This document shows positions 55,222-64,000 of a stretch of DNA of 64,000 nt, in pieces (position 1 is the stretch's first letter; every line of letters begins with the position of its first letter). Under the pieces are notes generated by a model. It had not been told where the DNA came from. It saw only the letters and a list, made by a program, of their open reading frames with translations, and searched no databases. This DNA is from an uncultured Candidatus Saccharibacteria bacterium (lineage in GTDB: Bacteria; Patescibacteriota; Minisyncoccia; UBA6257): the NCBI GenBank assembly GCA_964618625.1, contig CAZUBI010000001.1, positions 164,781 to 228,780 on the forward strand. The letters are read 5' to 3'. The position numbers and the translations under genes are program-made.

Positions 55222-55812
55222 AATGCTAAGTACCCCTAATGCTAAAGTACTCAGGGAAAGATAACTTAGAAGCAAGAAAAATTCCAAATTCACAAGAATC
55301 AAAACCAAAAATAACGGTAGAAAATCTGAGCGCAAGGTGTCGGTGGAAAAAAAATAAAAATAGGAAAAACCTATTAGCCCTAAAACATAAACTAAAAACC
55401 CAATCCAAAAAGGATAATTAAGAAAAAAATAAAGGCCATAGGAAATAATTATCCAAAATAAAAAAAGATAATAGAATAAAAGTTCCTGCCAATACTTTTC
55501 TTTAGGTAGAGGAAAAAATAATTTCTTCCAAAAAAGACCAAGAAATATTAAAACAAAACCAATAGCCCACAAAGGTTTTACGAAAAAGACTAAAATATTG
55601 ACTTCGAGAGAAGCTAAAAGAAGAAAGATAAAATTAAACCAGGAGAGGCCTAAAAACGCTTTCCATAAAAAGATTAACAAAAAACATATAAAAATAGACT
55701 GAAAAAAAGATAAAGAAAAAAGGATGCTACCAATCAGACAAAAACCGTAGAACAAAAAAAAGAGAAACTTTCTAATTCCGATAAGAGGAAGAAAATCTTT
55801 TATTGTTTGCAT
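55165..55812 (-). CDS. polytopic membrane protein (hypothetical)
   Basis: 215 aa, highly hydrophobic; overlaps pth 3' end and clpB 5' end by a few codons, so the true start is uncertain. Confidence 0.45.
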   Translation of the reverse strand: MQTIKDFLPLIGIRKFLFFLFYGFCLIGSILFSLSFFQSIFICFLLIFLWKAFLGLSWFNFIFLLLASLEVNILVFFVKPLWAIGFVLIFLGLFWKKLFFPLPKEKYWQELLFYYLFLFWIIISYGLYFFLNYPFWIGFLVYVLGLIGFSYFYFFSTDTLRSDFLPLFLVLILVNLEFFLLLSYLSLSTLALGVLSILIFRFVIYLFQYDWEKFF

Positions 55813-58433
55813 AAATTCAGAGTATTCTTCTTTAAAGAAACAGTAATTTTGTCTCCTTCTTTTATTTTACTCTTGATAATTTCATCAGCTAAAGGATCAA
55901 GGACTTCTTTTTCAATAAGCCTTTTTAACGGTCGCGCGCCATAATTAGGATTATAACCTTTTTGAGCTAAATATTTCTTTGCCTCTTTGCTTAATTTTAA
56001 AACAATCTTCTTATCAGCTAACCGATGATTAATTATATTTATTTGCAAATCTACAATTCTTTCTATGCTCCGAATGCTTAAAGCATTAAAAATGACAATT
56101 TCATCAACACGATTAAGGAATTCTGGACGGAATTTTTCCCTTAAAGCATCATGAATTTTAACTTTTAATTCCTCTTTCTGTTGCTCCACCTTATTCTTTT
56201 TATTTGCAACAAATCCCAAAGAAACCATTTCCTGTAAATATTCCCCACCCAAGTTAGAGGTCATAATAATAATCGTGTTTTTAAAATTCACTACCCGACC
56301 CTTACCGTCAGTAAGGCGGCCATTATCTAATATTTGAAGAAGAATATTAAATACCTCTGGATTGGCCTTTTCTATTTCATCAAACAAAATCAGGCTATAT
56401 GGGCGATGTTTTATTGCTTCTGTTAATTGCCCCCCTTCTTCATAGCCAACATATCCAGGAGGAGAACCGATTAAACGGGCAATACTATGTTTTTCCATAT
56501 ACTCGGACATATCTATACGAATCATTGCTTTTTCATTAGAAAACATAAATTCTGCCAAAGCCCTAGCAAGCTCTGTTTTTCCCACTCCAGTTGGCCCTAA
56601 AAACATAAAAGAACCAATCGGCCTGTCTTCTTCGGATATTCCCGCGCGAGCTCTTCTAATAGCCCTGCTCACCGCAAAAATAGCCTCTTTTTGTCCCACA
56701 ACTCTTTTGTTCAAATCTTTTTCCATTCTCACTAATTTTTTGCTTTCTTCTTCAAGCATTCTTGTTACAGGAATTCCAGTCCATCGGGAAACTACGCGAG
56801 CGATATCTTCGGCTGTTACCTCGTCTTTTAAAAACCTTTCCCCTTCAGCAATTTTACTTAAAGACTTCCCATTAGATCTTAATGTTTTTCTTAATTGAGG
56901 AATTTTGCCATAAATTATTTCGGCAACTTTATCTAATTGCCCGATTCTTTCAAATTCTTGCGAATTTTTTTCTAATTCTTCTATTTCTTTTTTAATGGCG
57001 CTCACTTCGCTAAATATTTCTTTTTCCTTCTGCCATTTACTTTTTATCTTATTATATTTTTGTTTTAATTTCTTTAACTCATTTCCGATTCTTCTTCTAT
57101 CTTGCGTTATTTTTTTACCTTTTCGTATTTCCTTTTTGTTTGCCTCTTTTTGCAATTCCAAAGATTTTATTTTGGCCTCTAATTCAGAGATGGGCAAAGG
57201 AATACTGCCAATTTCCAAACTCATTGATGAAGCGGCTTCATCCATTAAATCTATGGCTTTATCAGGCAAAAAACGGGAGGTAATATAACGGCTGGATAAT
57301 TGCACCGCCATTATAATTGCTTCATCAGATATCTTTAATCCATGATGAACTTCATATTTTGATTTTAATCCCCGTAAAATCTCAATTGCTTCTTCAATTG
57401 AGGGTTCTTCTACTAATACTGGCTGAAAACGCCTTTCTAAAGCCGGGTCTTTTTCAATATATTCACGGTAATCTTTAAAAGTTGCCGCTCCAATAGCCCG
57501 CAATTCACCTCTGGCTAATGCGGGTTTTAATAAATTAGAAGCGTCAATAGCTCCTTCAGCTGCTCCTGCCCCTACCAATGTATGAATTTCATCAATGAAA
57601 ATTATAATATTACCGGCCTTTTTTATTTCTTTAAGAAGATTTTTTAATCGTTCTTCAAACTCCCCTCTAAAACGGGTCCCGGCTATTAATGCCCCTAAAT
57701 CTAACGATATAATCTTTTTATCAATTAAACTTTCCGGAACTTCAGAAGAAGCAATACGTTGAGCCAATCCTTCTACAATAGCGGTTTTTCCAACACCTGC
57801 TTCACCCATTAATATTGGGTTATTTTTTGTCCTGCGTGACAATATTTGCATAACCCGCCGTAATTCTTCCTCTCTTCCTATCACTGGATCCAATTTATTC
57901 TCTCTTGCTAATTCAGTAAGATCTTGTGTATATTTTTCTATGGCGTTAGCGCCAACTTCTTGGAATTCATCAGTAATTTTTTCACCATCTGTATAATGAT
58001 GAAGCGCCTCTAAAAACTCTTCCTTGCTAATATTAAATTCGCTTATTAATTCCTGCGCAGAATTTTTAGAAGCAAGTATGCCATAAAATAAATATTCTGG
58101 GGAAATAAATTCATTTTTTTCCTCCATCGCCTTTTTAGCAGTCACTTCTATAATTTGCAACATTTCCTGAGAAAGATACATTGGACCAAAACCCTTGCCA
58201 ATAGAAAAGATACGCGGTAATTTAATAATTTCTTCTAATATCTTCTTTAAAAATTTTTCTACATTAACTTTTAATTCTTTTTCTAAAATTTCCCTTGGGC
58301 CAGACCCTTCTTCATCTAACAAAACATACAAAAGATGGAGAGCGCGCATCTCTCCCTGGTTTCTTTCCATAGCCATTTGCTGAGCTCTTTCTATTGCCGC
58401 TTGAGCTTTTGCTGTAAATCTTCCTAAAGGCAT
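55800..58433 (-). CDS. clpB: ATP-dependent chaperone ClpB
   Basis: 877 aa; two AAA modules ([20 protein letters not shown]) and a long M-domain coiled coil. Confidence 0.9.
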   Translation of the reverse strand: MPLGRFTAKAQAAIERAQQMAMERNQGEMRALHLLYVLLDEEGSGPREILEKELKVNVEKFLKKILEEIIKLPRIFSIGKGFGPMYLSQEMLQIIEVTAKKAMEEKNEFISPEYLFYGILASKNSAQELISEFNISKEEFLEALHHYTDGEKITDEFQEVGANAIEKYTQDLTELARENKLDPVIGREEELRRVMQILSRRTKNNPILMGEAGVGKTAIVEGLAQRIASSEVPESLIDKKIISLDLGALIAGTRFRGEFEERLKNLLKEIKKAGNIIIFIDEIHTLVGAGAAEGAIDASNLLKPALARGELRAIGAATFKDYREYIEKDPALERRFQPVLVEEPSIEEAIEILRGLKSKYEVHHGLKISDEAIIMAVQLSSRYITSRFLPDKAIDLMDEAASSMSLEIGSIPLPISELEAKIKSLELQKEANKKEIRKGKKITQDRRRIGNELKKLKQKYNKIKSKWQKEKEIFSEVSAIKKEIEELEKNSQEFERIGQLDKVAEIIYGKIPQLRKTLRSNGKSLSKIAEGERFLKDEVTAEDIARVVSRWTGIPVTRMLEEESKKLVRMEKDLNKRVVGQKEAIFAVSRAIRRARAGISEEDRPIGSFMFLGPTGVGKTELARALAEFMFSNEKAMIRIDMSEYMEKHSIARLIGSPPGYVGYEEGGQLTEAIKHRPYSLILFDEIEKANPEVFNILLQILDNGRLTDGKGRVVNFKNTIIIMTSNLGGEYLQEMVSLGFVANKKNKVEQQKEELKVKIHDALREKFRPEFLNRVDEIVIFNALSIRSIERIVDLQINIINHRLADKKIVLKLSKEAKKYLAQKGYNPNYGARPLKRLIEKEVLDPLADEIIKSKIKEGDKITVSLKKNTLNLCKQ

Positions 58434-58653
58434 AAATAAAAATTAAACGTAATATATAGTATACAATAATCCATATTATTTTCCAAAACGACGACGACGT
58501 TTTTGGAATTCTTTAATAGCTAAGTCAAATTGTTTTTTGGTAAAATCTGGCCCATACCCTTTCTATGCCTCTTTTATGGCCTAAAAAAGCAGGGGGTTTC
58601 TTCTCCCTAGCCCAACGGCGATTACCGTGTTTTTGAAATAATCTCTTCCCGCT

Positions 58654-61600
58654 TTACTCTCTAAACCCTGTCCCCGCAGGAATCAACCTGCCAATAATAA
58701 CATTTTCTTTGAGCCCTTTTAGATAATCTTTCTTTCCTTCAACAGCAGCTCTGATTAACACTCTTGATGTTTCTTGGAAGGACGCAGCTGAAAGTAAGCT
58801 GTCAGAATTCAACGCAACGTTTTTAATTCCCATAAGTACTTCGCTTCCCTTAGGCACTTCTTTCTTTAAACTTTTTAATCTATCTACTTCTCCTTGAAAA
58901 GATTTTTTAGATACCACTTCACCTGGAATAAACTCACTATCACCGCTATGTGTAATCTTTAATTGAGAGAACATTTGTTTAATGATTATCTCAAAATGCT
59001 TATTATTAATATTCTCGCCCGCAATATCGTATACTTTCTTTATTTCCGTCAATATATATTCCTGGCAAGCATTTTTGCCTAAAATCCTAAAAAGTTTTTT
59101 AAGATTAAGATGTCCTTCGCAAAGCTGATCGCCTTTTTTGACTTCTTCTCCATTTTTAACCCATAAAGTTACTACTTCAGATATAACATATTCAAGTACA
59201 CGAGATTTTTTGTCGTCTGGTTTTATCCTGATAAATTTTTGATGATTTATTTTTTTTATTTCAATAATCTCTCCATCTACTTCGCTCATAGGCGCCTCAC
59301 CTTTAGGTATCCTGGCTTCAAAAATCTCTTCTACTCTTGGCAACCCTTGAGTGATATCAACGGCTTGAGCTACTCCGCCAGTATGAAATGTCCTTAAAGT
59401 TAACTGGGTACCTGGTTCTCCTATAGATTGAGCAGCAACAACACCAACTGCTTCCCCTAAATCAATAAGTTTTCTCCATGCCAAATCAAGTCCGTAACAC
59501 TTCTGGCAAATTCCATTTGAGCTTTCGCAAGTGATTGGAGAACGAACTAATATTTCTCCAACTGAAGAATCTACTATTTTTTTAGTTAATATTTCATCTA
59601 TTAACTCCCCCTTTTTAGCTATAATTTTGCCTTTTTTATCAACAGCATTATCACCCAAAATTCTTCCAAAAATCTTCTTTGATAAATCTTCATTTTGTTC
59701 TTCAACCTTTTTTCTATTAACAATCAAGCCCTTTTTTGTTCGGCAATCTTTTTCCCTGATAAGAACATCTTGAGCAACATCCACTAATCTTCTGGTAAGA
59801 TATCCTGCAAAAGAGGTCTTTAAAGCAGTATCAGCTAATCCTTTTCTTCCACCATGTGAAGCAGCAAAATATTCCAAAACATTAAACCCTTCCTGATGGC
59901 AAGATAAAATAGGCATTTCTATCAACTGCCCAAGAGGATTAATCACTAATCCCTTCATGCCCATAATTTGCGTGGCTACTGCCCAATTTCCTTTTGCCCC
60001 TGAATTAAAAAATATGTAAACTGAATCTTTCGGGTCTAAAGTCTTTAAAACTAATTCTGATATTTGATCAACAGCATGCCTCCATTGTGTCTCTGTTAAA
60101 ATCTTCTTTTCCTGCGCAGTTAAAAGCCCTTCTTCATATTGAGTGGTAATCTCTTCAACTTTTGCAGATGTCTCATCCAAAATCTCCTTTTTCTTTGAAG
60201 GGACTCTTATATCAGTAAGTCCCCATGACACGCCTGATAAAGTAGAATAATAAAAACCTAACTTTTTTATATCATTTAGAATTTCGGCGCTTTTATTAAA
60301 ATCATTAAAATAATGAATTATATCCTTAGTAATACCTTTTATGTCTTTACTCGTTAATTGTTTGTTTATAAACGGAAAGTCTTCTGGTAAAATCTCGTTA
60401 AAAATAATTCTTCCTACAGTAGTACTAATCAATTTATTGTTTTCTTTTAAAATACGGACCTTAATTCTTTCTTGAAGTCCGATCTTTTTATATTCATAAA
60501 TTAATAACGCATCACTTGAATCAGAAAAGATTTTTTCTTTTAAATCATCGCCTTTAACCTCTTCCTCCGTCATATCCATTGTTAACCAATAAATACCTGC
60601 CACCATTTCATGTCGAGGTAACATAGCAGGTTCTCCATTAGATGGCTTTAATAATCCTAAGGTTGATAACATTCTATTTTCACTCTCCCTCTGAGCTTCT
60701 TCAGATAAAGGAACATGCACTGCCATTTGATCTCCATCAAAATCAGCATTAAAAGGAGGACAAACCATTGCAGGAATCTGAATAGCTAATCCTTCAATTA
60801 ATTTTGGACGAAAAGCTTCAATACTTAAACGATGAAGCGTAGGAGCTCTATTTAAAAGAACATATTTATCTTTCACTATATTTTCTAAAATTTCCCATAT
60901 AACGTCAGACCCTTCTTCAATTAAATGATTTGCAGCGCGAGGATTAAAAACAATTTCTCTTTTTATTAACTCGCCAGCTACAAATGGTTTAAATAATTCC
61001 AAAGCCATTTTTTTTGGCAATCCACATTCGTGAATTTTTAGTTCAGGGCCAATAACAATTACTGAACGGCCTGAATAATCCACTCTTTTTCCTAAAAGAT
61101 TCTGACGGAAACGCCCCTGCTTGCCTTGTAAAATATCAGCTAAAGAACGCAACGGACGATGTTGAGCCGAATGCATAGGTGTAGCACCAGAACCTTTTCT
61201 TATAGAATTATCAATTAAAGCGTCTACTGCTTCCTGCAGCATCCTCTTTTCATTCTTTATAATAACTTCAGGCGCTCTAAGCTCTAATAATTTTTTTAAA
61301 CGATTATTACGATTAATGACACGGCGATAAAGATCATTTAAATCTGACGTAGCAAATTTTCCTCCATCCAACTCAACCATTGGACGCAAATCAGGAGGAA
61401 GTACGGGAAGTATAGTTAAAAACATCCACTCTGGGCGTGCCTTTGAGTGTAAAAACCCTTTCGCTAATTTAAGACGATTAAGAACTTTTTTATCAACATT
61501 TTTTAAGTGCGATTTTTTCTCAATTTCTTTTTCTAACTCACTAACCAATTTTTTAAGGTCTATCTGTTCCAAGAATTTTCTCACTGGCTCACTTCCTGTT

Positions 61601-62262
61601 TCTGCTGTGAAAACTTCACCGTATTTTTTTGAAAGGTTTAAATAATCAATTTCAGAAAAAATAGCTTTTGGCTTTATCATATCTAATCCTATTCGCGCTT
61701 GACTGCGGGATTTTGTTAAATCTTTTTTCTTATCTTTAGGCCATGTTTTTGATTTAATCTTGTATTCAGATTCTATTTCATCTAAAGCTCTTTTTTTTGC
61801 GGCTTCATCTACAGAAGCTACAATATAGCTATTGTAATAAATGACTCTTTCTAAAGCGGCCATTGGAACATCAAGCGCTAAAGCAATTCGTGAAGGAATG
61901 CTACGTAAAAACCAAATATGAACTACTGGAGTAGCTAATTTAATATGACCCATTCTTTCTCTACGAACAAAAGAACGGGTTATTTCTACTCCGCAACGAT
62001 CGCAAATAATCCCTTTGTAGTGGGCGCCTTTATACTTTCCACAAGGACATTCATAATCTTTTACAGGTCCAAAAATCTGCTCAGAAAAGAGACCTTCTTT
62101 TTCCGGCTTTTGAGTTCGATAGTTAATTGTCTCAGCTTTAATAATTTCTCCATATGACTTATTCCCTTCTATATATGACCAAGATAAAATCTCCTCTGGA
62201 GAGGCAATTTTTAAACCAAGCGCTTCAAAATCACTAACCTTTTTTTCTATGTCTTTTATCAT
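58654..62262 (-). CDS. rpoC: DNA-directed RNA polymerase subunit beta'
   Basis: 1202 aa; NADFDGDQMAVH catalytic motif, Zn-binding Cys cluster near the N-terminus. Confidence 0.95.
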   Translation of the reverse strand: MIKDIEKKVSDFEALGLKIASPEEILSWSYIEGNKSYGEIIKAETINYRTQKPEKEGLFSEQIFGPVKDYECPCGKYKGAHYKGIICDRCGVEITRSFVRRERMGHIKLATPVVHIWFLRSIPSRIALALDVPMAALERVIYYNSYIVASVDEAAKKRALDEIESEYKIKSKTWPKDKKKDLTKSRSQARIGLDMIKPKAIFSEIDYLNLSKKYGEVFTAETGSEPVRKFLEQIDLKKLVSELEKEIEKKSHLKNVDKKVLNRLKLAKGFLHSKARPEWMFLTILPVLPPDLRPMVELDGGKFATSDLNDLYRRVINRNNRLKKLLELRAPEVIIKNEKRMLQEAVDALIDNSIRKGSGATPMHSAQHRPLRSLADILQGKQGRFRQNLLGKRVDYSGRSVIVIGPELKIHECGLPKKMALELFKPFVAGELIKREIVFNPRAANHLIEEGSDVIWEILENIVKDKYVLLNRAPTLHRLSIEAFRPKLIEGLAIQIPAMVCPPFNADFDGDQMAVHVPLSEEAQRESENRMLSTLGLLKPSNGEPAMLPRHEMVAGIYWLTMDMTEEEVKGDDLKEKIFSDSSDALLIYEYKKIGLQERIKVRILKENNKLISTTVGRIIFNEILPEDFPFINKQLTSKDIKGITKDIIHYFNDFNKSAEILNDIKKLGFYYSTLSGVSWGLTDIRVPSKKKEILDETSAKVEEITTQYEEGLLTAQEKKILTETQWRHAVDQISELVLKTLDPKDSVYIFFNSGAKGNWAVATQIMGMKGLVINPLGQLIEMPILSCHQEGFNVLEYFAASHGGRKGLADTALKTSFAGYLTRRLVDVAQDVLIREKDCRTKKGLIVNRKKVEEQNEDLSKKIFGRILGDNAVDKKGKIIAKKGELIDEILTKKIVDSSVGEILVRSPITCESSNGICQKCYGLDLAWRKLIDLGEAVGVVAAQSIGEPGTQLTLRTFHTGGVAQAVDITQGLPRVEEIFEARIPKGEAPMSEVDGEIIEIKKINHQKFIRIKPDDKKSRVLEYVISEVVTLWVKNGEEVKKGDQLCEGHLNLKKLFRILGKNACQEYILTEIKKVYDIAGENINNKHFEIIIKQMFSQLKITHSGDSEFIPGEVVSKKSFQGEVDRLKSLKKEVPKGSEVLMGIKNVALNSDSLLSAASFQETSRVLIRAAVEGKKDYLKGLKENVIIGRLIPAGTGFRE

Positions 62263-62283
62263 AAACTACTTAATTACTAATTA

Positions 62284-64000
62284 CTATCTATCGTTATTTG
62301 TTTCTTCTTTTTTGACTCCAATCAAATTTACTGATAAAGATAATGATTGCAATTCTTTGAGAATCACGTTAAAAGCAGCGGGGATATTTGGGTTTTTAAT
62401 CTTTTCCCCGGTAATTATAGCTTCGTAAGCTGACCCCCTTCCAAATACATCATCAGATTTTATCGTTATCATTTCCTGAAGTGTGTATGCGGCGCCATAT
62501 CCTTCTAATGCCCAAACTTCCATTTCGCCGAATCTCTGACCTCCAAGATGAGCTCGACCGCCTAAAGGTTGCTGGGTAATTAAAGAATATGGACCAATTG
62601 CTCTCATATGAACTTTGTCCTTTACCATATGCTCTAATTTCATTATATATATTATGCCTACTGCCACATCTTTATGAAATTTCTCGCCAGTTTTGCCATT
62701 ATATAAAGCAATTTTTCCATCTTCTGGCAATCCGGCTTTTACAAGTTCTTTTTTTACATCTTCCTCAGTGGCACCATCTAAAGACGGAGTAACAGCTCTA
62801 TATCCTAATTTTTGAGCTGCTAAACCTAAATGATTTTCAAAAACCTGCCCTAAATTCATTCGGCTGCCGATTCCTAAAGGATTTAAAACCACATCAATTG
62901 GAGTTCCATCTTCTAAATAAGGCATATTTTCTTCAGGAACAATAACAGAAATAACGCCTTTATTTCCGTGCCGTCCAGATAATTTATCTCCTGCCATAGT
63001 TTTTCTTAACTCTGCAATTTCCACGCTTATACTTTTTATAACGCCAACGTTTAATTTATCCCCTTCTTTACGGGAAAGAATTTTTGTTTTAACAACTCTG
63101 CCTTGTCGAGATGGCTGAAGAATTAAAGATGTATCTTTTATATCCTTCATCTGCTCTCCAAAAATAGCTTGTAGCAATCTTTCTTCAGGAGTTAGTTCTG
63201 CTTTTCCTTTCGGTGAAATTTTCCCAACTAAAATATCCCCCCCTTTTACCTCAGCTCCTATCATTATGACTCCATCCTCATCTAAGTTCTTTAATTTATT
63301 CTCGGAAACATTAGGTATATCACGAGTGGTGCTTTCCTGACCTAACTTAGTTTCCACTACATCACAAGTAAATTCTTCTAAATAAACTGAAGTAAAATAA
63401 TCATTTTTTAAAACTCGTTCTGAAATAACAATTGCATCTTCATAATTAGCTCCAAAAAATGGCATAAAAGCAACCAATAAATTTTGCCCTAAAGCTAAAA
63501 CTCCGTTTTCCGTAGCTGCTCCATCTGCCAATAAAGTTCCTTCCTTTACAACATCTCCTTTGTTCACAACAGGTTTTTGCATCAACCAACTATTTTTATT
63601 GCTGCGGCCAAAATTAATTAATTCGTAAGTTCTATTTTTTTTATTATGAGTTGAAGACGAATAAGAAGGTTCTCGCGAAACGAGGTTCTTATCATTTGTC
63701 TTTACAACAATATGATTTGCGTCCACTTCAATAACTTTTCCCTCAATATCGCTAATCAGGCACTGGCCCGACTCAAAAGCAATTTTTTCCTCCATTCCAG
63801 TACCAACCAACGGAGCTTTTGGCCTTAAACAAGGAACAGCCTGCCTTTGCATATTTGCTCCCATTAACGCTCTATTAGATTCATCATGCTCTAAGAATGG
63901 TATTAAACTAACAGCAACAGAGATAATTTGCTGGCAAGAAACATCAATTAATTCGACTTCTTTGTTGTGAATTAAAGTTGGCTCCCCTTTAACCCTTGCC
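62284..64000 (-). CDS. rpoB: DNA-directed RNA polymerase subunit beta (C-terminal part; gene continues beyond window end)
   Basis: Open frame runs to the window edge; conserved C-terminal beta-subunit blocks (GGQRFGEMEVWALEGYGAAY). Confidence 0.95.
   Translation of the reverse strand, partial: ARVKGEPTLIHNKEVELIDVSCQQIISVAVSLIPFLEHDESNRALMGANMQRQAVPCLRPKAPLVGTGMEEKIAFESGQCLISDIEGKVIEVDANHIVVKTNDKNLVSREPSYSSSTHNKKNRTYELINFGRSNKNSWLMQKPVVNKGDVVKEGTLLADGAATENGVLALGQNLLVAFMPFFGANYEDAIVISERVLKNDYFTSVYLEEFTCDVVETKLGQESTTRDIPNVSENKLKNLDEDGVIMIGAEVKGGDILVGKISPKGKAELTPEERLLQAIFGEQMKDIKDTSLILQPSRQGRVVKTKILSRKEGDKLNVGVIKSISVEIAELRKTMAGDKLSGRHGNKGVISVIVPEENMPYLEDGTPIDVVLNPLGIGSRMNLGQVFENHLGLAAQKLGYRAVTPSLDGATEEDVKKELVKAGLPEDGKIALYNGKTGEKFHKDVAVGIIYIMKLEHMVKDKVHMRAIGPYSLITQQPLGGRAHLGGQRFGEMEVWALEGYGAAYTLQEMITIKSDDVFGRGSAYEAIITGEKIKNPNIPAAFNVILKELQSLSLSVNLIGVKKEETNNDR

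Noticed and set aside
58483-58506. CCAAAACGACGACGACGTTTTGG hairpin between rpoC and clpB as the rpoC terminator
   Set aside because: It is a stable hairpin, but on the minus strand it is followed by an A-rich tract rather than a U-rich one, so its function is unclear. It is not listed as a feature.
1-64000. Integron integrase, transposase or phage integrase anywhere in the window
   Set aside because: No ORF shows tyrosine-recombinase (R..HxxR..Y) or DDE transposase features. Any mobility of the cassette array or copper island must rely on enzymes encoded elsewhere or on past events.

Overview
This 64 kb window is low-GC bacterial DNA with small genes and a compact core-gene block; it gives a Patescibacteria/CPR-like impression, but that is inference only. 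It divides into three parts.

(1) Positions 1-31.4 kb form an accessory region. Almost every gene is on the minus strand, and the only plus-strand genes are two small ones at 4.39-4.95 kb. About 25 small, unrelated genes are co-oriented here. They include three NUDIX hydrolases (one an exact duplicate), two HD-domain proteins, a MazG-like protein, an MBL-fold hydrolase, an SGNH hydrolase, a NYN-domain protein, a transglutaminase-like protein, a Mrr-type nuclease, a trypsin-like protease, an OLD-family ATPase/Toprim nuclease, a 537-aa protein of unknown function and several membrane proteins. Between about 2.4 and 19.1 kb, ~20 copies of a conserved 20-50 bp junction motif (core TTCTCAATTAATTTTTGACCTTTTGGTT, with a longer variant carrying AACTTGTCCTGAGC..CGAAGGATTAATTTTT) occupy nearly every inter-ORF spacer. 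The motif often supplies the stop codon and the last residues of the upstream ORF. This is a cassette-array-like architecture, and no integrase is visible in the window. Downstream of the array lie an AIPR-like abortive-infection gene and a type II restriction-modification pair. The R-M pair is preceded by an AbrB/SpoVT-like small regulator whose leader carries three tandem ATTACGTAAT palindromes. After that come three expression modules (22.8-27.7 kb) that share promoter, leader, start of the ORF and terminator sequences but carry different cargo genes. The region ends with a type II P-type ATPase and a SAM-dependent methyltransferase flanked by ~73-bp direct repeats.

(2) Positions 31.45-39.76 kb are a plus-strand copper/thiol-redox island. 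It encodes a CsoR-family repressor, an HMA/membrane/cupredoxin fusion protein, HMA-thioredoxin and DsbA-like proteins, a cysteine desulfurase and a CopA-type P1B ATPase. It abuts the 3' end of tRNA-Pro(GGG), and an 11-bp copy of the tRNA 3' end lies at its far boundary.

(3) Positions 39.8-64 kb are housekeeping genes on the minus strand: ferredoxin, rpmB, aspS, a split comEC, nrdG, nrdD carrying a LAGLIDADG intein, ftsZ, ftsA, ybeY, rpsU, hisS, lepB, an LCP-family protein, pth, clpB, rpoC and a partial rpoB.

I found no rRNA, no CRISPR array and no recognisable transposase or integrase.
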